A DNA stretch of 64,000 nucleotides from the NCBI GenBank assembly GCA_963843575.1, contig CAWJKZ010000013.1, positions 224,001 to 288,000 of the forward strand. The letters run 5' to 3'. Every line of letters begins with the position of its first letter. The first letter of the stretch is position 1. This stretch comes from an uncultured Acidobacteriota bacterium. Its GTDB lineage: Bacteria > Acidobacteriota > UBA6911. Position numbers and translations under genes: made by a program. Shown here piece by piece: positions 22,179 through 31,149 of the stretch. Below the pieces are notes generated by a model. That model was not told where the DNA came from and did not search any database. It saw only the letters and a list, made by a program, of their open reading frames with translations.

Positions 22179-22460
22179 TCAGACGGCGCGGCTGCGGGGC
22201 TCTGCGAGAAACTTCTGCCTGCACTCGGCGGAGCAGAAATAGAAATGGCCGCCCCCCTGGCTTTGCACCTCGACTGCGAGCCTGGGGTCCATGTACATGC
22301 CACAGACCGGGTCCTTGACCATCTGATTGAGCGCAGCCGTTTTCCTGCCGCGGGGCGGTTGCTGCGACCGGCGCGGTTCCCCGACCAGCATGGCGAGGAA
22401 GCGCCGCAAGAACCATAGGGCCACGATGATGATCAGAAAGCGCAGGAAGAATCCAGTCAT
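22179..22460 (-). CDS. Membrane-anchored YHS domain protein
   Basis: N-terminal TM helix; KDPVCGM...YFCSAEC. Confidence 0.88.
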   Translation of the reverse strand: MTGFFLRFLIIIVALWFLRRFLAMLVGEPRRSQQPPRGRKTAALNQMVKDPVCGMYMDPRLAVEVQSQGGGHFYFCSAECRQKFLAEPRSRAV

Positions 22461-22472
22461 GACGCGGTCCGC

Positions 22473-23060
22473 CTACCTCATCCCAGACTTCAATTCGCTG
22501 ATCTTCCGCTCGAGGTCGGCCCGCTGCGGGAAGTTCGGGTTGTCACGCAGCAGTTCTTCCCAAGCGGCGATGGCGCCCGGGAAGTCCTTTTTCCCCAACT
22601 GAAGCACCACGCCCTTGTTGAACAGGGCTTGCGCAAATCCAGGGTGTTTTTTCAGGACGACGTCGAAGATTTCGAGCGCCTGGTCGTGCCGTCCCAGATA
22701 GTGGTAGCTGGTTCCGAGATCGGTCTGGACGGAGGGGTTGTCGGGCTGCAGCTCCAGGCTTCCCCTGTACGCTTCGGCGGCCTTTTCGTACTGCCCCATG
22801 TCGTAGTAGGCGTTCCCGATCTGGGTTTTGTAATCGGGATTCTCCGGGTTCCGGTGGCTGAGTTCCTCGAGCGCAGCGATGCGGGCCGGTCCGTCGATCG
22901 GAGGATGGTTCTCCGGCAGGCTGCCGCTCTCGAACGCCGACACGGGTCCTTCCAGGACCGGCGGCAGGTTGCGTTTCGCATACATCGCAAACAGGGCAAC
23001 TCCGCCGAGAAGAGCCGCAGCCGACCCGAAGATCAGGTTCATGCGCGAACGAATTGCCAT
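22473..23060 (-). CDS. Membrane-anchored TPR protein
   Basis: TM helix, LPENHPPI motif, TPRs (GNAYYDMGQYEKAAEAY). Confidence 0.82.
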   Translation of the reverse strand: MAIRSRMNLIFGSAAALLGGVALFAMYAKRNLPPVLEGPVSAFESGSLPENHPPIDGPARIAALEELSHRNPENPDYKTQIGNAYYDMGQYEKAAEAYRGSLELQPDNPSVQTDLGTSYHYLGRHDQALEIFDVVLKKHPGFAQALFNKGVVLQLGKKDFPGAIAAWEELLRDNPNFPQRADLERKISELKSGMR

Positions 23061-23132
23061 AAGGAATGAATCTTACATGACGGCAGTCGCGGGATTCCAC
23101 CCCATTCCGGGGAGTGCAGGCAGTGACCGGGC

Positions 23133-23609
23133 CTACGGTCCAACCGATGCGGGCGGATTACCCTCGCTGGCTTTGCTGTCCAGGATCAGGGTTACGGGGC
23201 CGTCGTTCAGCAGGGAAACCTGCATCATCGCCTGGAATCGGCCGGACTGTACGCCGGGAACAAGGCGGCGGACGGTGTTCAGGAACTCGGCGTACAAACT
23301 TGCGGCCTGCGCAGGGGGGGCCGCGTCGGAGTAGGAGGGGCGCCGGCCCTTGCGGCAGTCTCCGTACAGGGTGAATTGCGACACGAGCAACAGTTCACCC
23401 CCGATGTCGAGCAGGCTCAAGTTCAATTTGCCGTCGGCGTCGTCGAAGATCCGAAGCTCGACGATTTTCCTCGCCATCCACTCGAGGTCACGCGGCGTGT
23501 CGTCGCGCGAAATCCCCACGAGGGCAAGGACCCCGGTCCCGATGCCGGCGACGCGCGTCCCACCGACCGAGACTTCGGCGCGGGAGACGCGCTGCAGCAC
23601 AGCTCTCAT
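23133..23609 (-). CDS. dtd: D-aminoacyl-tRNA deacylase
   Basis: MRAVLQRV, LRIFDD, SQFTL, KGRRPS, NDGPVT. Confidence 0.96.
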   Translation of the reverse strand: MRAVLQRVSRAEVSVGGTRVAGIGTGVLALVGISRDDTPRDLEWMARKIVELRIFDDADGKLNLSLLDIGGELLLVSQFTLYGDCRKGRRPSYSDAAPPAQAASLYAEFLNTVRRLVPGVQSGRFQAMMQVSLLNDGPVTLILDSKASEGNPPASVGP

Positions 23610-23642
23610 GGCCCCTCCGATATTCCATCCCGGACCGGGCGT

Positions 23643-24413
23643 TCAACGGGTGGGGCCAGCGGAGGAGTCTGCGGAGAACTTCTCCCTGAATTGCGCGAGC
23701 GAACGGCGCACGCAGTCGGCGTCGCCCGGCTTTTTCTCCTTGTCGACCAGCGCGAGCGGCGACGACATGCCGAACACCGGGAAGAAGCCGCGTTTCGAGA
23801 TGATCTCGCGGTATTGCGGACCGGTCTCGTAGTCGACCGCTCCCGTCGGCATGATTATCCTGCCCTTGTGCCGTGTCGCGTACGAACGGGGCGAGCAGGT
23901 CGCCGAGCCCCTTGGGGCCGTGGGACCTGGCCGGGAAGACCTTGACAGCGTCGGGTTCCAGGCCGTCCTCGCGCTCGATGAAGTACTGCAGCTCGGTCGG
24001 GGTGAAAACCGCCGGGGCCGAAAAGACCCCGTGGTCGCGGCAGATGCGGACGAAATCCGACCCTGCGCCATAGCCGCCCATCACGTTGGCGGGGGCGACG
24101 ATCATGTCGAACCCCATGTCCAGTGCCGACCGCAGTTCCTTCGGGTTGATGACCGAACCGACCCCGAGGACGAACGGCCTGTCCGGGGCGGCGGCCGCCC
24201 GCGATGCGCCTGAGCTCGGACATGCCCTCCCGCAGTATGGCTTCGTCGATCCGGAAGGTGACCTCCGCCACCAGCCCGGCGGCGTAGACCTCCTGCATCG
24301 TGACGATCATGTCGTCGGGTTTCTTGATATGGTCCTTGTTCATGACTACAACGATGCCCGAACCGCGCAGCGCCTTGCTCCACCCGCGACCGGTCACGCT
24401 TGTACTCTGCCAA
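23643..24413 (-). CDS. KDPG/KHG aldolase-like protein, broken by about 3 frameshifts
   Basis: Fragments in successive frames: AEVTFR, LGVGSV, FTPTEL, VKVFPA, MPTGAV; directly downstream of kdgK; GAGGAGG SD with TTG start. Confidence 0.7.
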
Positions 24414-24443
24414 GCCACACCTCCTCTTTCATGCGGATGCCGT

Positions 24444-25574
24444 TCAACGCAGGGCGACACCCCGCCGCCGGCGGCAGCCCGCTTGACTTCCTTTTCCACG
24501 TCCTTCTGGGTCACCATCGTCGTGTCGCCCGGCGTCTCCTGCACCAGGATGCCGTGCGCCGCCCCCCACTGGACGGCGGTGTTGACGTCGTGTCCCCGCA
24601 GCAGCGCGGCGGCGACCCCGGAAACGAACGAGTCTCCCCCTCCGGTCCTGTCCGCGATCTCGATGTTTTCGCGCGCGGGCGCCGTGAACAGGGCGTCGGC
24701 GCCGCGTGTCGTAGAGCACGGCCCCCCAGTGGATGCGGTCGGCCGTCAGCGCCCCCCTCAGCTGGGTGCCGATCAGCTTCAGGTTCGGGTAGTCGGAGGC
24801 GACGCGCCGCAGCAGCCGGGCATAGGTGTCGAGCCAGATCTCGAACGGCGCATCCTTGGGGACCTTGTCGCTGACGTACCCGAGCGAATCGTCGAAGTCG
24901 CTCTGGTTGCCGACCAGGAAATCGACGTGCGGGATCATCGCCCGGTTGATCTCCCGGGCGCGCTCCTTGTTCGGCTCTACCTTCGAGCGGTAGTTCAGGT
25001 CGTACGACCGGAAGGTGCCGTGTCTGCCCGCGGCCTGAACCGCCTCGAGCGCCAGCCGGCTGCTCGTCGGGGAGATCAGGTTGTAGATCCCGCCCGTGTG
25101 GAACCAGCGCACGCCGACCCCGAAAAGCTCGTCCCAGTCCACGTCCCCGGGGGCGAGTTCGCGGATCGGTGTGTGAGCCCGATAGTACTCCGTCACCGAG
25201 GGGAGGAGCCCTTTGCCCGCCCAGGTGAAGTTGATGCCGTTGTGCAGCGTCCCCTTCTGATCGGTGGCGAACCGCCCTTTCCCGTTAGTGTCGAACCAGA
25301 TGATGCGGGAAACGTCGACCCCGGCCTCGCGCAGCTGATTCTCGATGTTCCGCCCGATGCCGTCGTCGACCAGGGCGGTTACGACCGCAGTCCTCAAGCC
25401 GAAACAGGCGGCTAACCCTTCGGCCACGTTCGTTTCGCCGCCGCCGTGCCAGATCCGGGCGTTGCGCGCCCGGGGCGTGGGAACGTCACCGGGATCTATC
25501 CGCAGCATTACTTCCCCTAACGCGACCCCGTCGTAGCGTGCTGCTTCGGCGGGCTTGAGACCCTGTAGCGCCAT
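24444..25574 (-). CDS. kdgK: 2-keto-3-deoxygluconate kinase (PfkB family), frameshifted near 24700
   Basis: LGEVMLR, GGGETNVA, SYDLNYR; C-terminal DRTGGGDSFVSG and TPGD lie in an alternative frame. Confidence 0.8.
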   Translation of the reverse strand: MALQGLKPAEAARYDGVALGEVMLRIDPGDVPTPRARNARIWHGGGETNVAEGLAACFGLRTAVVTALVDDGIGRNIENQLREAGVDVSRIIWFDTNGKGRFATDQKGTLHNGINFTWAGKGLLPSVTEYYRAHTPIRELAPGDVDWDELFGVGVRWFHTGGIYNLISPTSSRLALEAVQAAGRHGTFRSYDLNYRSKVEPNKERAREINRAMIPHVDFLVGNQSDFDDSLGYVSDKVPKDAPFEIWLDTYARLLRRVASDYPNLKLIGTQLRGALTADRIHWGAVLYDTRRRRPVHGARARKHRDRGQDRRGRLVRFRGRRRAAAGTRRQHRRPVGGGARHPGAGDAGRHDDGDPEGRGKGSQAGCRRRRGVALR

Positions 25575-25650
25575 GGCTGCCTCCGTAGGAGTCCCAATTC
25601 TGTTGCGGATGCCCCGGAGACGTCAACAGAAACCAAAGCGCCCCGCAAAA

Positions 25651-25756
25651 CAAGTGGGTCCGGGCTTCAGCCCGGACGTCTTTTGATCTGATCTGGCGAC
25701 GGGTGCACGTTATAGCGACCGCAAACTGCGTCCCTGCTGAAGCCCGGACCCACTTG
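25651..25756. repeat. REPIN-like palindromic element, copy 2
   Basis: CAAGTGGGTCCGGGCTTCAGCCCGGAC...CTGAAGCCCGGACCCACTTG; reverse complement of 6755-6864. Confidence 0.8.
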
Positions 25757-25944
25757 TATCTTGTTTGGCTCGGGCAGATCAACCGCGCTGCGCGTTGACA
25801 GGCCGGCGCGGGACAAGGTATATTCTCCGGTCTAACCATGGCTGAGAACTCATCGAACCGGAACGCTATCCCACGCCGATCGCCCGGGCGGCACTGCAGC
25901 GTCCTGCCTCCCTCCAGCCGGAAGATGCGGGGGGGGGCAGCCAG

Positions 25945-26655
25945 GTGAATCCCGATCTTCGAAACCTGATCGCCCTGCAGGACACCGAACAGAAGATCGC
26001 CGGATTACAGAAAGAAATCTCCGAAATTCCCAGCCGGGTGCAAGCCCTCGACGCGGAACTCCAGCAGCTCAACCACGCGCACGAGGTGCGCTTGGCGCGC
26101 GGTGTCGAGCTGGGTAAGCGGCGCCGCGAGCTCGAGGGAGATGTGGACCTCCTGCGCACCAGGCTTGCGAAGCTCAAAGACCAGCTCATGTCGGTGAAGA
26201 CCAACCGGGAATACACCGCGATGCTGCACGAAATCCAGGCGGCCGAATCCCAGATCCGCTCCGAGGAGGACAAGGTCCTGGACATCATGGAGGAAATGGA
26301 GTCGATGGAGGGCCACCTCAAGGGGGCCGAGCAGGACCTGAAACTCCACACCGTGCAGATCCAGGAACAGATCAGGAAATGCCAGGCGTCGATCCCCGGG
26401 CTTGCAGCCGAGCTGAGCCGCCTGCAATCCGAGAAGGCGTCGGCCGAGGCCGTCATCGAGACCGAACTGCTCTCGCGCTATCGCCGCATCGCCGAAGCGC
26501 GGCGCGGGATCGCGCTGGCGGAGGCAAAGGACGAACTCTGCTCCGCCTGCCACGTCCGCATCCGGCCCCAGGTTTACGCTGAGTTGTTCCGGAACGAAGT
26601 CCTTTACGCCTGCGACAGTTGTTCACGAATCCTCTTCCTCCGCGATGCCCTGTAG
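25945..26655 (+). CDS. Coiled-coil C4-type zinc ribbon protein (DUF164/CT398-like)
   Basis: Long coiled coil with KTNREY; CSACH..IRPQ..CDSCSRIL. Confidence 0.92.
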   Translation: MNPDLRNLIALQDTEQKIAGLQKEISEIPSRVQALDAELQQLNHAHEVRLARGVELGKRRRELEGDVDLLRTRLAKLKDQLMSVKTNREYTAMLHEIQAAESQIRSEEDKVLDIMEEMESMEGHLKGAEQDLKLHTVQIQEQIRKCQASIPGLAAELSRLQSEKASAEAVIETELLSRYRRIAEARRGIALAEAKDELCSACHVRIRPQVYAELFRNEVLYACDSCSRILFLRDAL

Positions 26656-26658
26656 CCC

Positions 26659-27978
26659 ATGCTCGACCTCGTCGCCCTCGGTGATTGTCCCGTGGAGCTG
26701 TGGTGCCGCGACAGGTTCACCGCCGACACGCAGTTCCGTTCCCGCGTGGGCGGCGATGCCTTCCTCCTGGCCCGCTCGGCGGTGCAGCTTGGCCTCAAGG
26801 CGGGACTGGTGAGCAGGCTGGGCGACGACCTGTTCGAGACGTTCATTCGCGACGCGCTGCTGACCGCGGGGATCGACACGAGCCGGTGCCTGACGGTCTC
26901 AGGCATCAACGGTGTCATCTTCAGCCACGGCGACCGGGCCGGCCTGAGGCGCTCCTTCCGCCGCACCGGTTCGGCGGCGGCGGTGTTCGACCTGCTCGAT
27001 CCCGATCTCGGCTACATCGCGGGGAGCCGCTGGCTTTATTCGTGTGGCGAGTTTCAGGCCCTCTCCGTCGCGGCGCAGGACGCCGTGTTCGGCGCCTTCA
27101 AGGCCGCGGCCGCCTCCGGGGTCCGTACGGCCTTCGGCGCTAACCTCGATCCCCGGTTGACGACCCCGACCGCGGCGCGCGCGGCCCTGCTGGAGATCGC
27201 GCCCATGGTCGACCTGATGTTCGTTCACCCGGCTCAAGCCGCCCCCTGGCTCGGCACTGCCGAACCCGCCCGTGTCGCCGGTTGGGTGCTCGAGCAGGGA
27301 ACGCGCCTGGCCGTGGTGCGCGGCGACGGGCGCATCAACGCACTCGCCGCCTCGACCCTCGCCGAGTCTTTCCCCGGCGACGGCCTCCCGAACCCTCGCA
27401 ACCCACTTTCGGACGCAGACCTCGACGCGGGGTTCCTGGCGGACCTGGTCGCCGGGCTCGACCCGGTTTCGGCGGCCCGGCGAGCCGTGCGGAGGGGCTC
27501 AACCGCAGCCGCCGCGCCCGAAGCGCCGCCGGGCGCGGCTAATCCGAATGCCTCGGCCGAATTTCTCGTCTATATCGACGGGGGCTCGCGCGGCAATCCG
27601 GGTGCAGCCGGCGCCGGCGTCTACTTCGAACTCGACGGCAAGCCCTGGCGCGGCCTCTACGAGTACCTGGGGATCCGCACCAACAACTTCGCCGAGTACT
27701 CCGCGCTGCTGCGCGCGCTGCGCTATGCCCTGGAACACGGACTGCGCCGGCTCTCGGTCTGCTCGGATTCCGAACTCCTCGTCAAGCAGCTCAAAGGGAT
27801 TTACCGGGTGAAGAACCCCGCACTCCAGAAACTCCACGCGGAGGCCGAGCAGCTCATCCGGCAGTTAGAGCGCTTCTCCATCCGGCACGTGCCGCGGGAG
27901 CAGAACGAAAGGGCCGACGCCCTGGCCAACAAGGCACAAGACGAGCGGGGCAGCGGCGAAGAGAGCTATGATGGGTGA
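26659..27978 (+). CDS. PfkB-like domain fused to ribonuclease HI
   Basis: N-term VGGDA..LG...SRLGDDLF PfkB fold; C-term IDGGSRGNPG, TNNFAEY, DSEL, HVPREQNERADALAN. Confidence 0.85.
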   Translation: MLDLVALGDCPVELWCRDRFTADTQFRSRVGGDAFLLARSAVQLGLKAGLVSRLGDDLFETFIRDALLTAGIDTSRCLTVSGINGVIFSHGDRAGLRRSFRRTGSAAAVFDLLDPDLGYIAGSRWLYSCGEFQALSVAAQDAVFGAFKAAAASGVRTAFGANLDPRLTTPTAARAALLEIAPMVDLMFVHPAQAAPWLGTAEPARVAGWVLEQGTRLAVVRGDGRINALAASTLAESFPGDGLPNPRNPLSDADLDAGFLADLVAGLDPVSAARRAVRRGSTAAAAPEAPPGAANPNASAEFLVYIDGGSRGNPGAAGAGVYFELDGKPWRGLYEYLGIRTNNFAEYSALLRALRYALEHGLRRLSVCSDSELLVKQLKGIYRVKNPALQKLHAEAEQLIRQLERFSIRHVPREQNERADALANKAQDERGSGEESYDG

Positions 27979-28024
27979 TAGGTTCCGGGGTGTCGGCAAG
28001 CAGGACCTTCGGCGCCCAGGTTCT

Positions 28025-28045
28025 CCAGCACCCAGCACCCAGCAC
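28025..28045 (+). repeat. Heptamer tandem repeat (CCAGCAC)x3
   Basis: Read directly in the intergenic sequence. Confidence 0.6.
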
Positions 28046-28086
28046 CCAACTTGAGGGTCCTGATCAGGATCTGGTACGCTAAGAAC

Positions 28087-28908
28087 ATGCTACGGAATTT
28101 GTCGCTGAGCCTTCTGCTCGCCGGGCTGCTGTGCGCAACGGTCCAAGCCCAGAGCGTCACCGTCGTCTCGATAACCTTTGAAGGGAACAGGGCGATCGAC
28201 GCCGCGCGGCTGAAATCGTATTTGCGGTTCTGCAGGGAGGGAGGGCTCTTCCAGCCCGCTGCGCTCGAGGAAGATATCCGCCGGCTCGGAACCTATTACG
28301 AGGACATGGGATTCCTCCACGCCAAGGTGGGGCCTGCCTCGGTCCGGACGGAAACCATCACCGGCAGGCAGGGTGCCGCGATCCGGATCCCCATTGCGGA
28401 AGGGCCGCAGTTTGTCCTCGGCGAGGTCTCGATCCGAAACGCGAAGATGCTCAAGCCCCCGACGCTGCTCCAGATGTCGCCTCTGCGGGCAGGGCAACCT
28501 TACAGCCGCGGCAAGATGGCCGAGTGGAGGGACAAGATCGTCGAGAGCTACCAGTCGATGGGCTACATCAGGTTCAAGGCCGAGCTGCGCGAGGACGTGC
28601 GCGAAGTCCGTCGGGTGGTCGACTGTGTCCTGGAGTGCACCGAGGGAGGGGCCTACCGGGTGAGGAGCATCGCGGTTGAAGGGGAACCTTCGATCGACCG
28701 GGCCGATTTCAAGCGACACCTCCTCGTGGGCGAGGGGGGCGTGTACAACCCGGAGATGCTGGTCCTGAGCCTGCATTTCATTAACCAGATGGGGGTGTTC
28801 AACCCGATCTCGCAGTCCGACGTCGACGTGCGCATCGACGACGCCGCGCGTGCGGTGGACCTGCTGTTCCGGGTCGTGCCGCTCAAGAAACTGGCTCCGA
28901 GCATGTGA
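28087..28908 (+). CDS. Periplasmic POTRA-domain protein (no beta-barrel)
   Basis: Signal peptide; ITFEGN, YEDMGF, IAEGPQF, YQSMGY, EGGAYRV POTRA patterns. Confidence 0.82.
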   Translation: MLRNLSLSLLLAGLLCATVQAQSVTVVSITFEGNRAIDAARLKSYLRFCREGGLFQPAALEEDIRRLGTYYEDMGFLHAKVGPASVRTETITGRQGAAIRIPIAEGPQFVLGEVSIRNAKMLKPPTLLQMSPLRAGQPYSRGKMAEWRDKIVESYQSMGYIRFKAELREDVREVRRVVDCVLECTEGGAYRVRSIAVEGEPSIDRADFKRHLLVGEGGVYNPEMLVLSLHFINQMGVFNPISQSDVDVRIDDAARAVDLLFRVVPLKKLAPSM

Positions 28909-28957
28909 CGCGGTAGTCGGGCGCCGCCAGGCGTGCTCCCTGATAATGAAAGGTTGC

Positions 28958-29890
28958 ATGTTCTCGAGGACTTTCGCAGCGGCATGTGGCGTCGGTCTGT
29001 GGCTGATGGCTACAGCCCCGGCCGCAGGTGTCCGGGCGCAGGAACCGGCGACCACGATCCGCACCGAAGTGGCCCTCGTCAATGTCGTTTTTTCCGCCGT
29101 CGACCGCAACAACCGCCGCGTCACCGGCCTGACCAGGGACGATTTCATCGTACTCGAAGACAGGCAACCGCAGCAGGTCGAGTACTTCAGCGACCTGGGC
29201 GAGGGAAGCCCGGTGCCCCTCACGATCGCCCTGCTGCTCGATACGAGCGGCAGCGTCAAAACTAAGCTCGAATACGAGAAAGACACCGCCGCGGAATTCT
29301 TCAGGACGATCCTCCGCAAGAGCAAGGATCTGGCGCTGATCATCCAGTTCGACTCCGATGTCAACCTCGTGCAGGATTTCACGGACGACGCCGACCGCCT
29401 CATTGGCGCCATGGATTTGCTCGAGGCGGGCAACAGCACGTCGCTGTACGACGCGATCTACCTGGCCGTCGACGAAAAACTCAAGACCGAGACCGGCCGC
29501 AAAATCATCATCGTCATCACCGACGGCGAAGACACCTCGAGCAAACTGCGCAAGGAAGAGGCGATTGAAGTTGCCCAGAAGAATGATGTCCTGATCTACG
29601 GGATTGGGGTGCGCGGTGACCTGGGGACCAACTTCGGGGTGCTGAAGAAGTTTTCCGAGGAGACCGGCGGGAGCTTCTTCTCGCCGCGCGCCCGCTTCGC
29701 GGAAATCCAGTCCGCGTTCAAGGCGATCGGGGCGGACATCCAGGGCCAGTACAGCCTGGCTTACCGTTCAACCAACACGAAGCGGGACGGTTCTTTTCGG
29801 GCCATCGAGATCCGATGCAAGCAGGGGGGGGTACGGGTGCGCGCCCGGAAGGGCTACTACGCGCCCAGAGAATCCCCTCGGAGCCACTAG
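28958..29890 (+). CDS. Secreted VWA domain protein (acidobacterial type)
   Basis: MIDAS DTSGS, TSLYDA, ITDGED, ETGG, QYSLAY, RARKGYY. Confidence 0.92.
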   Translation: MFSRTFAAACGVGLWLMATAPAAGVRAQEPATTIRTEVALVNVVFSAVDRNNRRVTGLTRDDFIVLEDRQPQQVEYFSDLGEGSPVPLTIALLLDTSGSVKTKLEYEKDTAAEFFRTILRKSKDLALIIQFDSDVNLVQDFTDDADRLIGAMDLLEAGNSTSLYDAIYLAVDEKLKTETGRKIIIVITDGEDTSSKLRKEEAIEVAQKNDVLIYGIGVRGDLGTNFGVLKKFSEETGGSFFSPRARFAEIQSAFKAIGADIQGQYSLAYRSTNTKRDGSFRAIEIRCKQGGVRVRARKGYYAPRESPRSH

Positions 29891-30084
29891 GCGTTCGACA
29901 TCACCTTGTCTATCCTGTACGGGCGATAGACGAAAAACTCCGCATCACGGTCTCGCGAAATGTGATAGATCGCGTCCTTGCACGTTTCGCACGCGTCGAT
30001 GTGCTCGAGCAACTCCAGTTTTTTGTCCAGATCCAACCGACCATCCAGGTATTGCACCAGGTTCTCAAAACTGCATGCGGTCAT
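29887..30084 (-). CDS. Stand-alone zinc-finger anti-sigma (zf-HC2/ZAS) mini-protein
   Basis: C...LVQYLDGRL...HIDACETC (HxxxCxxC), 65 aa. Confidence 0.75.
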   Translation of the reverse strand: MTACSFENLVQYLDGRLDLDKKLELLEHIDACETCKDAIYHISRDRDAEFFVYRPYRIDKVMSNA

Positions 30085-30138
30085 TGCGCACCCCCGAGTT
30101 TCTAGTCAGTTAATCGGAACTCCGGGTGGAAATCTTGA

Positions 30139-30165
30139 GAAAACTTTTTCGAACAACCGTGCGTC
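30139..30165 (+). promoter_or_regulatory. Putative ECF-sigma promoter
   Basis: GAAAAC-N17-CGTC upstream of the sigma4-only gene. Confidence 0.4.
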
Positions 30166-30216
30166 TTAGTCAGTATAAGAAGCCGGAAGGCAACAACGGA
30201 TCGAGGGGAGTCGGAC

Positions 30217-30522
30217 ATGCAAGGCGCGAGTTTCGACATGGAAAGGTCACGCGAATTGTTGCGTGAGACGATCGTGGATGTGCTGAGGTCATGGCCGGAC
30301 GTCGAGCGCCGCGTGTTCGTGCGGTCTCACTACCGGGGCGAATCACCCGAGGCGATCGCCATCTCGCTCGGTTTGAGGCCCGCCGATGTGCGCCCCATCC
30401 TCGAGCATTGCGAAAGGCAGCTCCGGGCCGCCTTGAAAACCTTCCGTGACGGCGGTGCAGAGGGACCGTCCGCTCCTCTACAGCCGCCGCCCAGCTTCGC
30501 TTCCAGCGGCTGTGTCCAGTAG
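30217..30522 (+). CDS. Stand-alone sigma70 region 4-like protein
   Basis: LRSWPDVERRVFVRSHYRGESPEAIAISLGL...RQLRAAL; GAGGGGAG SD; no region 2. Confidence 0.7.
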   Translation: MQGASFDMERSRELLRETIVDVLRSWPDVERRVFVRSHYRGESPEAIAISLGLRPADVRPILEHCERQLRAALKTFRDGGAEGPSAPLQPPPSFASSGCVQ

Positions 30523-30653
30523 GGGGTGCGGCGATTCGATCTCCAGGCACCGGGCCGAGTTCGAACCCACCAGGCCGGCGCCATCACAAACCAGCTCACG
30601 GGTTATCGGATTCCGTGTACTTCCGTGGCGAGTCTCAGCTTGTGTGCCCCTAA

Positions 30654-30892
30654 GGGCTCGCGCAAGAATAATTTCACATTTTGCTGACGGCTCCCGAGCC
30701 AACAGATCCTACAGCAAGCAACGATAGGAGATTGCTGTTAACTGAGCCGTCAGCCCTCCGGGGCGCGGCGGCGGGCGGGCATCTGCGGCGTTGCCGCTCC
30801 TCGACGATGTCACCACATCGCCTGCGTCGCGGCGCCTTGCATCTGCCTGCCCGGCGCTCGCGCAAAATGTGAACTTATTCTTGCGCGAACAC
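30654..30892 (+). mobile_element. MITE family A, copy 1
   Basis: ~30-bp TIRs (27/30 match), GGGCTCGCGCAAGAATAATTTCACATTTTG; flanks TAA/TCA; near-identical copies at 42972 and 45531. Confidence 0.85.
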
Positions 30893-31149
30893 TCAAATAC
30901 AACTGCAACAACATGTCACGGAAAGCACCGAAAACACGGCATTTCAAGCGTAGTTTTCCGTGTGCTTCCGTGTTTCTCCGTGGCAATCTTTTCTGTTTTC
31001 TCCGTTCCCTGCATCGCGATGCGCACAAAGCCCGGGTTCGACCGGCGCACTTCAAACCGTGTCCAATTTGTTTCAGATTTTCCCTGCCTGGTCGATATGT
31101 ACTCGTGGGCCCGGGCGCTTCGCCTTCCCCAGGACCAGGAATGTGAGAC

